A stretch of 63,759 nucleotides of DNA, the filler included, from Octopus bimaculoides (Eukaryota): the NCBI RefSeq assembly GCF_001194135.2. It is 8 parts of 8 records of this genome, joined end to end, with 100 filler letters (N's around TTAATTAATTAA, not from the genome) between each part and the next. Parts side by side here need not be neighbours in the genome. Positions count along the whole stretch, not along the records: positions 12,682 to 42,907 come from NC_068986.1; positions 43,008 to 45,287 come from NC_069008.1; positions 45,388 to 57,273 come from NC_069004.1; 5 more parts are not named here. One strand, given 5' to 3'. Each line of letters begins with the position of its first letter. Position 1 is the first letter of the stretch. The notes beneath the pieces were generated by a model, which was not told the origin of the DNA, made no database searches, and was given only the letters and a program-made list of their open reading frames with translations. Below, piece by piece: positions 41,979 through 55,577 of this stretch. Both the position numbers and the translations under genes were made by a program.

Positions 41979-43239
41979 ATTATTATTATCACATTTTTGT
42001 TTTATATTTACATGTATATATATATTTTCTCCCCTTTCGTTCGTTTAATAAATGAATCCAAAGGTCAAGTCTATATAATTAATGGGTTATTTTGAGTATT
42101 ATCTTAAATATATTGCCGCCTGGAAAGGTCAACTGACGTCAGTGACACTGCTGGAATTGGTAAATAACTATGCAGTTACGTAGGAAGCTGGATATAACAA
42201 ACGTAAACATCCATACAAGCAAAACACACACACACACACTCACAGGCGTGCGTAAAGCAATTGAGATGGTACACATGCATACACACAAAAGTTTTCGCAC
42301 GATTATAAACATATATACACATACATATACCGGGACACAAACTGACACACGCACAACTTGATATTAGTTTCATATAGTCATATCCGCAATATTTCAATAT
42401 TTGCGCGAAAATTTTCCCCAAACATAAAATAAACATACCAGTAAATAAGTTGAATGACATATATATGTGCGCGTGTGTGTATGCATGTATGTATTTGTGT
42501 GTGTGCAATATATATATATAAATATATATATGTGTGTGTGTATATACATATATATATATATATACACATATGTATATGTATATATAACTTTTAGCTAGTA
42601 TAGACTGCGGCCATGCTGGAACACCATCTTTCGATACTCGAAAGAAGTTACTTTTCTATCGGTATTTTTGCCGAACAGCTAAGTTACGTGAATCTGAACA
42701 TACATTCCCGGATTGTTAAGCGGACCACGGGGACAACCACAGACCGATAAAACAATATACATTGATACATATATGTGTGTGTCTGTATGTACATCTGTGT
42801 GTGTGTTTGTTTGCGTTTTCATGTGCGTGCACAGAAATATATTTATATTTGTATATATATATATATGTATATATATGTATAGATATATATATATATATAT
42901 ATATATANNNNNNNNNNNNNNNNNNNNNNNNNNNNNNNNNNNNNNNNNNNNTTAATTAATTAANNNNNNNNNNNNNNNNNNNNNNNNNNNNNNNNNNNNN
43001 NNNNNNNAAAAAAAAAAAAAAAACAAATCTCAAAGCGGGGGGCGGTCTGTGATCTTTACTTTCTAAATAATTCAGCTAAGTCTTAATATGTAGTAATTAC
43101 CTCGTGTTAAGGTGAACGTAACTCTTTGTGGATAAGTCAGGGGACAAACAAGTTTGAGGGTCGGTGTTCCATCTCCGTGATTAAAAATTTCATTTGATCA
43201 CAGCTTTACATCGTTAATTGGTTGTTCCCTATTTTACAG

Positions 43240-43337
43240 GACAGGGGAAATGGCTTTTAATCAACAACAAATCAATCAACGAACTTTCGTCATCCTTCTC
43301 CAGTTTTCATTTGGACTTTATATCAAACATTCTACTG
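43240..43337 (+). other. Candidate small upstream exon, possibly the 5' UTR of the zinc-finger gene
   Basis: ccctattttacag| acceptor and |gtgagt donor; no clear partner acceptor. Confidence 0.3.
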
Positions 43338-43450
43338 GTGAGTAGAAAATATATCTACATTACATCTGCTCCACACATGTTAACAGAGACATCTAGGACA
43401 AGAAACTGAACCATAATAGACATTTTTCACCTTTTAAAAATTGCTCAAGA

Positions 43451-44839
43451 ATGGAGAACGTTGATCACTTGGACACTTGTAACACAACTGTTATTAATGT
43501 AGATACAGTTAGAGAGACAGACGGAGATGAAAAAGCTGAAAACGGAAGTGTTGCTGAATATCGCTGCGAGATTTGTAGGAAGACATTTTCTTCAGAAGAT
43601 GAAGTCTTCTCACACAAAGAAATACACAGTAAAAAGAAAACGATTCATTGTGAAACATGTGGGAAATCATTTCTTAGTAAATCACATCTCATAGTTCACA
43701 AACGTAGCCACACTGGCGAAAGACCATTCAAATGTGAAATTTGTGAGAAAACCTTCACTCAGAATTCTCACCTTCACAATCACAAACGTAGTCACAGTGG
43801 AGAAAAACCTTACCATTGTGAGATATGTGGGAAATTTTTCACTCAGAATTCTCACCTCTTGGTTCACAAACGAAGTCACACTGGAGAAAGACCATTCCAT
43901 TGTGAAATATGTAAGAAATCTTTCACTCAGAATTCTCATTTTATTTACCATAAACGTTGTCACACTGGAGAAAAGCCATTCCAATGTGAAATATGTGAGA
44001 AATCTTTTATTTCTCGTGGCAACTTAACAGCGCATAAAAGAATACATGCTTCTGAAAAACCTTACCAGTGTGAAATATGTGGAAGATCTTTTGCATTTGA
44101 ACCAGATTTAAAGAAACACAACAGGCTGCACACTATGGAGAAACCTTTCCATTGTGAAATATGTGGAAAGTCTTTCCCTCAGAAGTCTCATGTTGTAGTT
44201 CACAAACGTAGTCACACTGGAGAAAAACCATTCAAGTGTGAAATATGTGAGAAATCTTATGCATGTAAAAAGACATTAATCTTGCATGAAAGAGTACACA
44301 CTGGCAAGCAACCATTCAAGTGTGAAATATGTGAGAAATCTTTTAGTTCTAGTACCAACCTAGCAATACACATAAGAATACACACAGGAGAAAAACCTTT
44401 CCATTGTGAAATGTGTGGGAAACCTTACGGTTCCGGTAGTGCACTAATACAACATCGGAGAGCACACACTGGGGAAAAGCCTTTCCATTGTCAAATATGT
44501 GGGAAATATTTTGCCTCTCTTAGTGATTTGAAGATACACAAAAGAATACATACAGGAGAAGAAGCACCATTCCACTGTGAAATATGTGGAAAATCTTTTA
44601 ACTGGAATTCTCATTTAATTGAACACGAACGTTATCACACGGGGGAAAAACGTTTTCAGTGCGAAATATGTGGACAAGCATTCACTCAGAAATGTCGTTT
44701 AGTTGAACATGGACGTTATCATACAGGAGAAAGACCATTCCACTGTGAAACATGTGGGAAATCTTTTGTGTCTTCTAATAAATTAAAGAATCACCAAAGG
44801 ATTCATTCTCAAAGGAAACCTTTGGACTGTGAAATATGA
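43451..44839 (+). CDS. Intronless tandem C2H2 zinc-finger protein, 462 aa, 15 fingers, no recognisable effector domain
   Basis: Fifteen CxxC-x12-HxxxH units with TGEKPF-type linkers; short acidic N-terminus; ends PLDCEI*. Confidence 0.96.
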   Translation: MENVDHLDTCNTTVINVDTVRETDGDEKAENGSVAEYRCEICRKTFSSEDEVFSHKEIHSKKKTIHCETCGKSFLSKSHLIVHKRSHTGERPFKCEICEKTFTQNSHLHNHKRSHSGEKPYHCEICGKFFTQNSHLLVHKRSHTGERPFHCEICKKSFTQNSHFIYHKRCHTGEKPFQCEICEKSFISRGNLTAHKRIHASEKPYQCEICGRSFAFEPDLKKHNRLHTMEKPFHCEICGKSFPQKSHVVVHKRSHTGEKPFKCEICEKSYACKKTLILHERVHTGKQPFKCEICEKSFSSSTNLAIHIRIHTGEKPFHCEMCGKPYGSGSALIQHRRAHTGEKPFHCQICGKYFASLSDLKIHKRIHTGEEAPFHCEICGKSFNWNSHLIEHERYHTGEKRFQCEICGQAFTQKCRLVEHGRYHTGERPFHCETCGKSFVSSNKLKNHQRIHSQRKPLDCEI

Positions 44840-45756
44840 TAAGTTCTTTTCTTTGGAGAATATATTAAGATGATGAAATATGTTAAAAATCATTCTCTAT
44901 GTTCTGGTCTTGTAATCCACAAATACTACATGGAGAAAGATGTGTTTACTGTTAAGTTTTAGACAGAGACACCATTTCATGAATCATGATGAGAGAAATA
45001 CTGGGGTCAGACCTTCACCGGTATTTTTATGTCCATCTTTCCACTCTTGCATGGGTCAGATAGAGTTTGTTGAGGCAGATGTGAGGTGATGAGTTCGATT
45101 CCCAGACTAGCTTGTGTGTTGCGTTCTTGAGCAAGACACTTTATTTCACGTTGCTCCAGTTCACTCAGCTGTAGAAATGAGATGCGATGTCACTGGTGCC
45201 AAGCTCTATCGGCCCCTTTGCCTTTCTCTTGGATAACATCAAACAGTGACATGGTGAGCGGAGGCTGGTATGCAGGGGTGACTGCAGNNNNNNNNNNNNN
45301 NNNNNNNNNNNNNNNNNNNNNNNNNNNNNNNTTAATTAATTAANNNNNNNNNNNNNNNNNNNNNNNNNNNNNNNNNNNNNNNNNNNNATATATATATATA
45401 TATATATATATATACGCGCATACATAGTGTAAGGCATGCACGTGAATTCGTTACAGACGAACTGTAGACAACGGCTTTTACTGGGGACATGAATTGTTTA
45501 AGGAAACACACACATTATTTTATTGAGCAATAGACTTGATGGTATTATATTATTTCTATGGCTTGCAAAAGTTGTACTAACGTGCAGGTGACAAATCAAA
45601 TAACACACAGGGTGAAGGCATGAATAAGAGTCGTATGAATGCATGGCTCGGGCGAAATCACGTCCCACCCATTCATTCGTAACCGAGTGAATAGCAAGCG
45701 TGGTGTGTGAGGTAAATACTAGGTCAATGCTTAAATCATCTGATCCTTCCCATTTT

Positions 45757-45801
<45 letters not shown>

Positions 45802-46479
45802 NNNNNNNNNNNNNNNNNNNNNNNNNNNNNNNNNNNNNNNNNNNNNNNNNNNNNNNNNNNNNNNNNNNNNNNNNNNNNNNNNNNNNNNNNNNNNNNNNNN
45901 NAAGCAGTGGGACTGAACCCGGAGCCATGTGGTTGGGAAGCAAGCTTCTTAGCACACAGCCATTCCTGCGCCTTATGTTTTATAATTAAATACAAGTTAA
46001 TTATTATAAATATTCATAATCATGAATGAACTGGCTAGGCGCACGAGTGGTTGTCTGGTAAGAATCTTGCTTCCCAACAACATGGTTCCGGGTTCAAGTG
46101 TTAACAGTTATGGTACGTAAATTAGTTCTCAGCAACTACTGTAATTGTTATGTATGTAAATGGATTGGCTGCTTGTTTCTCTGGAAATGGTTAAATTGAT
46201 GGAGATACCTCTGATGAGAATCCAATAAGACTCAAGAATCGATTAAGTAAAAATCGATTAATCTTTTCAATTTTCGGAGAAACCGCTTGTTTAGCCCTGT
46301 TCATAAATGTACTACATAAGTTTAAATACATTTATGGTTAAATAAATATACAAAGAGCAATTATATTAATTACAGAATAGAAATATTTTTTTAGACTCCT
46401 CATATTGAAACTCATCTTCGAAAGTGAAGAAAGAAAAACAACAACAGGGACATTAATAGCAGGAATATCCTCAACTTAC

Positions 46480-46568
46480 CTAAACTGAAGACTCTCGCTC
46501 AGTTCTCGTAAGATGTCAATACACAGGCCCTCATATTTGCTATCTTTAACCATGGTGTACGGCTCCGT
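46480..46568 (-). CDS. iGluR exon 8 (S1 ligand-binding segment start)
   Basis: gtctttcag|ACG GAG CCG TAC...TTT AG|gtaagt; [30 protein letters not shown]. Confidence 0.9.
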
Positions 46569-49500
46569 CTGAAAGACGATAGTGAGTCAGAGAGAGTTAG
46601 GAGCATGTAACATAACAATATATAGCGAGTGTGTGTGTGTGTGTGTGTGCTGGGGTCAGTAGAAGTCCAAAAGATGAGTGAGCTTTCAATGTTGAGATAA
46701 CACGTTGAAAGAGAGACAGGAGGAGAGATGGGTGGAGAAAGACAGAAAGGATGGAGCGGGGAGGGAGAGCATGTGAAGGGACTGTTGTCGTCAACACTTA
46801 TTAACTGAACTAATATGACATTCCAGCTTAGACCATTCCATCTGGTATGTCTTGAATTATATCATTATGCCTTTCATTATTGGTTTCAAATTTTTGGCAT
46901 CTTCCATTTACCAAATTCCATTCACAAGATATTCACCGAAACGACAACCCGAGACTGAGGTTGAAAACATTGGCCCTGATTGTGACGAGCAGCGAGATTG
47001 AAATTAAAACCTTGCAGTTCAAAATCCATACCGCAGACAATATTTACAGTCACGCTATTAATTTGTACAGATATGAACAGCACAGTTAAAAACCTATTTT
47101 TTCCAAAATGAAGAAACGGAAAAAACATTTGGAGTATGGCCCTAAATTTTAGATACAGTAGCTAGGAGACATTCTGTGGGATGTTGGTAACACATCCACC
47201 ACGTAAGTGATAGATATGGGGTTCAAATTTCGCACTGGACCTGTTTATTGTCTATCTTAAATAATTTTCTTTCTACTTATAGGCATAAGGCCTGAAATTG
47301 TGGAGAGGGGTCTAGTTGAATGTATCGACCTTAGTACGCTAGTACCTAATCGAAAAAGGTGAAATGCAAAATCGACCTCGGTGGAATTTGACCTCAAAAC
47401 GCAGAGTCGGAAGAAATGCCGTTAATCATTTTGTTCGCCTTTGCAGAAATCTTTCTATGAGAGGCACAAGGGGAAGGGGGCAAGCTGAACTACATCGACC
47501 CCCAGTGTTCAACTGGTACATATTTTATCGATTCCGAAAGGATGAAAGCAAAGTCGACCTCGGTAGAATTTGAACGCAAGGACGGACGAAATGCTGTTGA
47601 ATATTTCATCCGTCCTTGCGCTCTGGGCTTATCGGTATTTCATCTGTCTTTACGTTCTGAGCTCAAATTCCGCCCAGGTCGACTTTGCCTTTCATCCTTT
47701 CGGGGTCGACGAAATAAGTACCAGTTGAACATTGGGGTCGATGTAATCGACTAGCTCCCTCCCACAAAATGTCAGGTCTTGTACCTATAGTAGAAAGGAT
47801 TATTATTATTATTGTTGTTATTATTATCATTATTATTATTATTATTATTATTTAAGGCGGTGAGTTGGCAGAATCGTTAGCACGTTGGACGATTTTGCTG
47901 TTCATTCTTTCGGGATCGATAAATTAAGTACCAGTGAAGCACTAGGGACGATGTAATCGACTTAATCCCCTCCTCCAAGCTGTCCTTGTGGCAAAATTCT
48001 GAAATCATCATCATTATTATTATTATTATTATTATGAATATTATTAAGATGCGACTTACCCCAACCGCCAAAATTGTTGACCTTGAGCCAAATTTTAAAA
48101 CTATTATTTATGACTTGGACAAATTGTTTACGACCACCATCAGCGTGGAATGCAATAGTTAAGAGTTCGTTTGTTTTTTTCTTTTTATTCGTTGAAATGC
48201 TAATTTTGTTTGTCTGTAATCCTTGTTTGCGGTGAAACAAGGAAAAAAGACATACATTGTTGTTACTGAAACCTAGTCAAGGCAAATGGGTGGCACCTCT
48301 GAAATTTTACTTACAATAAATTAGAATTACAAAGCAGTGAGAAAATTTGTTCAAAAAGGAAACTGAAAAATAAACAGTTATGAATGAACAAAAGGATGAG
48401 TGGACAGACGTGTGGGTGCGGAGAACAAAAAGTATAATCTAAAACATAGCAAAAATAGAATGAAAAATTGTAATATTTACCAAAAGAACTCCGACTCGGA
48501 ACGTAACATTGCCAAATCCTGAAGGTTCTAAAGGAAATAAGTTAGTTAGAATGGTGAGGTGATTCACCCGGTTCCATGTAGCCACTTTTTTCTCGAGTAC
48601 ACGCCCGTTGTTGTCATCTTGTATTATACTGAACATGTTGTAAGCAGTGTTAGCACTGAATCCGTCATCGTCGAAAGATGCCGAAACGAAAATTCCGGAA
48701 GAATGTTTCTAAAAATCGAAAAAATGTTCGGTTATTGTGTATGAGAGATTTTGTGTCAAGGATTTTCGTCAGTCATAGATAAACTACGACCCGCTGGACA
48801 TTCTGATTTCACGAGGAAAATAACATTTATTAATCCCTTCCAGTAATGATCTTAAATAGTTATCAAAAACTGGAATTGGTATTTTCTGCAAGTCACGTTG
48901 CCTCGATAAGCTTGACATATCCTAACAGAAAGTATTTTTAAACATGGCGTTCCTCAACAAAAGATAGGAAGTAATACATTTCTAAATCTCTCAGAGAGAT
49001 TTATGCAGTAGCAGCACAATAAAGTGATAGTATGTTGTCAACTTAACGTGAGAGTCCCATGAAAGGGAAGAATGCTACTGTTATTTAGCCCTAGAGATTT
49101 AGAAATGCATTATTTCTATTTTCAAAATTAGTGAATGTATTTCACTTGAAATATATGTTTTCAAAGGCGGATAGGCATCGACAGCTAATTTCTTCTCTAT
49201 CTGTGTGTATTGCCATATCCCAGAGTATGGTTGCTTTCTCGTTTTCTGTGACCTTTTCTGGCGTATGCCTATACCATCTTTTTTCTGTTGTTATTCCATA
49301 GTGTTGGCATAACTTCCAGTGTATGTAGGTCCCAGCTCTGTCGTGTCTGGGATATATTCCTAGATCCTGTCATTATTTTTCTTGTTTTCCTGTCTACTTT
49401 AGTTAGTTCATTTAGTGTCCAGTTAAGGATATTGTAACTGTAACTTATAACTGGGACGGCTAAAGTGTTAATACCTATTATCTTGTTTTTAGCATTGATC

Positions 49501-50995
49501 TCTGTTTTCAGTATTGATCTAAGTCGTCTATAGTATTTCTTTATTTTTTCTTTCATTTGTGTGTTGTATCCTATCTAGTTCATTGATTCCTAAATATTTG
49601 TATGTCTGGCTTTGGTCTAATTCTCTTATTTCATTGGCTTTATCTAGTGTGATGTTGCTACTCTTAACTAGTTTTCCTCTTTTCAGAGTTGCTTTGGCAC
49701 ATTTTTATTATTATTATTATCATTATTTTCATTATCATCTTCTTTCAATTCTGTTTCCATTTCTTGCCGAGTGTCTTCCTGACACCTAGTGCAGAGAAAC
49801 GCACTGTACATATTGGTAGGCCATTAAAATAAACACACCAAATTGTCCATTTACAATGTCATGTGATAGAGAAAAGGGGAAGACAGAGAGAAAAAAGAAA
49901 AAGTAAACAAAGAAAATAAAGGGAAAAAGGGAAAGAAAATTCACAACGACAATGCTCTCTTCTCAATACGTGTGACGTAGCAGTTCTTAGAAACTTTTGC
50001 ACATTCTGTATGGATGGTAAGCCAGGGGTCATTCTTAAATAATTTTCAATTCCTTTTTTGGTCATTCCAAGTGCTCATACATTGACATTGAAGAAGAGAA
50101 TAATACTAATAAGGATGGTGAGGATGATGATGTGGTAGTGGGAATGTTTACCTGCAAAATGTCAGCCTTGACATGTTCAGTAAAGTTTTCCTTGCCGGTG
50201 TCGGCTGTTATTCTGTCTTTCCTCATAAGCTCCGCTATTGTATTAGCGAGCAGTATGACTGCATCAGCAATGTATGCATCTATTAACTTGAAAAGCAAAG
50301 AAAACCAACGAAAAATAAACACCTTGAGAAATACGATGAGAAATAAGAATTCTCTCATAACAAGTCGAGTACAGTTGCACCAGCAATATTTAGGGGTGTG
50401 AATGAAGTAGTTATATTAACTTAGCAATAGTTAGGTTACTGGTGACATTTTTAATAGCATCGATTTTAAAAAAATCTAACCAGACAATTATTTAGTTAAG
50501 TAAAATATATAAATTTGTTAATGTCTAATATATGAAGCACGGGAGGTAACTCTAGAAGTGTTTCGGTTTTATTACTTGCTCGTTAGGAAAACATAGACTG
50601 TACAGTAATTTATTGAATAGTGCAGCATTCATTCCCGGAAAGAACTTCTAAGTTGACGGTCGACCTGTAAGAAATGAGAGCTAAAATCCCACCTCAAGCT
50701 CCACCTTGCTAATTTAAGAAAAGACGGAGACATCGGATAATGTTATCTTAAATCAGCGGTAACTTTATTTCACGAAGCTCCAGTCCACTGAATTGGGAAG
50801 GATAAGTTGTATCTGTTATTCAAAGGACCAGCCTTGTCACACTTTCAGAACTATGTTAAAGGTACGCATGTCTGTGGAGTGCTCAGCCACTTGCACATTA
50901 ATTTCACGAGCAGGCTGTTCCGTTAATTGGATCAACTAGAACCTTCGTCGTCGTCGTAATGGACGGAGTGAGAGTTATGCGCGCGCGCGTGTTTG

Positions 50996-51041
<46 letters not shown>

Positions 51042-54000
51042 CACATCATGAACATCGTCATCATTATCCTCATTTAACGTCTGCTCCATGCTGGCATGGG
51101 TTAGACGATTTGACTGGAGCTGGTAAACCGAGAGCTGCACCAGACTCCTGCCTGAATTTAGCTGGGTTTCTACGGCTGGACGACCTTCCTAACACCAACC
51201 ACTCCAAGATACATACATACATACACACATATTAAAATGCATGTCTCATGTCTACCTGTAAATGTTATTCCAACAACAGAATTATTAACGAAAAAGAACT
51301 TTCAATACACCGAGATTTAAAAACGATTTGCTGTCATTGTCCTGAATAAATTGTGTGTGTGTGTGAATGTGTGTATGAATGTGTCTGTGTGAATGTGTGT
51401 GTGTGTATAAAACATGATGATGCAGGCTAGCTATAGGTGGGTCTGTTTTATTATAAGTCAACTTGATTGGAACTAATCTGGAGTTAAACAATTATAATTC
51501 TTTTAACTTACCGTCATCTGAGGTTTCACGCTTATTTTGTAGCTGCAACTAGTATTTTGAGCGCGATTCCACGATTTGCGAATAATTAAAACGTTTCGCC
51601 CAATGGCTGCGAGAGTTCCGTTCGCAAACATAGAATCTACAGTGCCATCGGAAGACACGATGATCCAGTACATCTTACTGGAATGGATATTGAACTTGGA
51701 GGCATGTTATAGAAATCGAAAATTTGTGACGATTAAATATAAACAAAGAAAATGACAAAAATGCACAAAGATATTAAAAATTAAATATTACAGATCTCTA
51801 AGCAATAAGGATTATAGATTGGGGCCACAGGTGTGTGGCCCCGTGATTAATGAATTGGTTTCTCGGTCGTAGCCATAGGTTCGATTTTCGCACCAGGTGA
51901 CGCGTTGTGTCATTCAGCATTTGTGTTTTTCATTTCACGTTGCTCCAGCACAGTTAGCTGAGTACCAGTGGCATATGGAGGTTAACCCTGCAACAGACTG
52001 GTTTCCCTTTCAAGGCAGGGGTGGATGGAAGTCTCAGTCTTTGAGCCTAAACGCCTTGGAAATCCACATAAGACCAGCCCCATGAGTCTGTTGGCTTGAG
52101 GTGAACTACCAATATCATGTCGATATAGCTCAGCAAGCATGGGAGGCAACTCTAATAACATTTTGGGCTTGTTGTGACCTCATCAGCAAAGTATACAAAC
52201 CTCACCGAAGTAAAATTTTTATAAAAACATAAAACCATGAAATAAACAATTATGAATCTTTTAAACAAAGACTGGATTCAGAGGAGAGAGCGAAGGCTGT
52301 TACACTTTACCCCAAACCATTGTATTTCTGAATGTGATCCCCAGTTAAGTCGACGCATGGGTAAAGTGGGAAAATAAATCAGTGGAGTGCACCTCGTCCT
52401 ACATACCGTTGATCGTCTTCCACAGGATTTGATCTTAGAACGTATGGAATCGAAATAAATACCACAAACCATTTTTTTCCGACGACCTTAACTATTCTGT
52501 CACTACGCCTCCCATATCCCTGGTTTATTTGTTTACCTTCACGCAGACACATAAACGAGATTGTTTTCTTTAAACGGTGAGACTTACCACATTGAAAACA
52601 TGTTTAACAAGCGACGGTTTCATCAGGAGGAGATAATAACTGTGTTCAAATGTCTTCGTTTCTGATAAGAAAATATCACTAAGGTTGCCGCCGTCCGCTT
52701 TATAAGGCCTTATTCTAATGTAGTTGTCTGATATTTTCTGGAACAGAGGGTCACTGGCTGTTTCTGAGCTGGATTCATCAACCAATACAGTCAGCTGAAG
52801 GTAAAGACAAAATCTGTTTTTAAAAATAAGTAAAATACGTAAAACAATAACGTGGTTCCAAGTTCGATACCACAGCACCGTAACTTTGGCAAGTGTCTTC
52901 TTCTTTAGCCTTGGTTTCACCAAAGTCTTAGAGGAATTAATTTCGTAGAAAAGTAAATTTATGTATCGTAATTTTTTGACATACATATTTTTTATTGTAT
53001 ATGTCTTGTGTACAGACCGGCCGTGGATTAGCAGTAAAAAAGCGATTAAAAGTATGTTTCATTTCTGTTACAATAATCTATAGGATTTAAGTGAATTAAA
53101 TCAGCAACAGTGCTTAACAGGCACTGTTGTTGTATTTTATTAACCCCGGTGACTGGCAAAGTGGATCCCAGCATGATTCGAACTCAGACTATAAAGAACC
53201 AGAATAAATATGCCAAAGCATTTTATTCGGTGATTAACGACTCTGAGTGCGCGTATGCGTGCGGGTAGTGTGCTTGTGTGTGTATGTATGTGTGTGCGTG
53301 TGTGTCTTCATGTGTGTGCATGTGGTGTGAACGTGTGCGTGTGTGCGTGGTGTGCTTTCTATGGTTTGACTTATGCATCATCATCATCATCAACAACAGT
53401 ACAACAGCTTACCTTCTTGGAGTTCAGCGCCAATAACAAATCAATGATGGCTGTTTGTAGATATTCTCCTTTTTCTCGAAGACTGAAGACGTTGCAGTTA
53501 TTAGAACTGAGAGAGGTTTCACCACAGAACGGTGGGATAATGGTGAAGTGCAACAAATGACAAGCCTTTGGCTGTGAATTCAGCAAATGGAACGTGCTGC
53601 ACGAAATCTTTGAGATAATTGCCGTCATGTTCTTCTTGAGAAATTCCGAGACTAAAATAATAAAAGCTGAAATCGTTTCTCTAGTTCATGATTAGCAATC
53701 TGGAACATTAACACACGAACGACGGGGGATAACTGTGAACAGGGTTCAATCTTGAATCAATGTCTTGACATATGAAGCTATAATCCAATGCTTAAGCTTT
53801 CGTCTAATTTTATCAGCGACTCATAGTCTTCTCCGTATTTATGAAATAATGATGGGTGTAGGAAATGCTTTATAAGTTTTTCAGAATTGTTGGTTTGGAA
53901 CAGTCGGAGAATATGGTTACTTTGGAATTAAACAATTCAAAGACGATATTTACTCAGTTAGTATTAACGTATTTAATATGTTGGAGCATTAGAAATAGCT

Positions 54001-55231
54001 AACTACTCTGGACAACTTCCGGTATTTTCCCGTCTTATTGAAGCCTCATCAGCGAAACATGACTTACGCCATACTAATCGAAAAATATGCAAGGTTGTAT
54101 ACATATAAGTGAAGGAAGATATATTTGTAAGAATTTGTGAGTTGTAGAATTATCATTGCTACACTCTGGGGTATTCAAACTGACGACTCCATCCTGGTTG
54201 TTATGGTCGCAATGCTGGAAGGTACAATAGCTGAAATGTTGCATCAACCAATATGAGGACACTTGTCTGAATATATCGATGTATAATAATGATAATTCTC
54301 GAAGAAGGCTGGAAGATGGAGTGCAATGGGCGAAACATGGTGACTATTCCAATTGGATATCACTAGTGGATTCACTTTGTTAAAAGCATTTCGGTCAGGG
54401 CTACCTTCCTCCATCACTGCCACCAGTCCCAGCAATTCTGAAAGGGGGTCAGAAACACTAACTAACTACATGTTCCAGCCTTATTCATATCTCATCAACT
54501 GAGTTTTGCATTTACCGTACTCGCCGAAGTAGTAACGAATGGGTAAAAAAAAAATAGAATAGAAAATGGAATTACTTACTTTGGAAAATAATATTAATGG
54601 GATCATGTTGCTTTAGAATGAATGTCTCCACTGTAACCGACTGAAGGTCGCAAGCGTTTAACATATAAGCGAAATGAGCCGCTCTTTCTGCGACTTTGTT
54701 CTCCTTTTGGACCGGTTCTTCGAGTAGAAGACCTTCAGATCAAACAAAACAACAGGAATGTAGAATATATTGCTATTCGCAGTCACGTGCTACATAGACT
54801 TATGCTTAAGTCTGACAAACCCAAAATACACCAAAAATACTGGGTGTTAATATTAAAAAAATAATTGGAAATGTAAACTTCATTCTTTTACTGGAGACAG
54901 AAGGTGGGTGTTTAGGGCGCAGGAAGAGCCAAAGATTCGGGTAGTAATTTGTCATCAGAGGTCATGGTTAAATGTACTTGGTGAAAACGCGGAAACTATA
55001 CTGCACAGCAGTGATCTGGCGCTTTTCTTCACCTGAAATTTGGTGGGGGTGGCTAATCGTGTACATAAAACCCTAGTGCTCGCCTGGTACTTATTTTATC
55101 GACCCTGAAAAGATAAAAGGTAAAGTCGACCCCGGCAAAATTTGAACTCGGAACGTAAAAGCCGGACGAATTGCTGCTCAGCATTTTGTCTGGCGCGCTA
55201 ACGATTCTGTCAGATTGCCACCTTAATGAGG

Positions 55232-55262
<31 letters not shown>

Positions 55263-55386
55263 TGCAGTACCAGGCAGTGGCTGTCATGGCTTCTGATCTT
55301 AACTAATTGGAAATGTTATCATGCACATTGTTTTATATTGGTATAAAAGATGGGCTACAGTAAATATTCTGCTCAATACCACAGAT

Positions 55387-55425
<39 letters not shown>

Positions 55426-55536
55426 GCAGACAGATAGGTAGATGGATAGATGGATGGATAGATAGATAGGCAGTCAGATAGATAGATGGATGGATAGATA
55501 GATAGGCAGACAGATAGATAGATGGATAGATGGATG

Positions 55537-55577
<41 letters not shown>

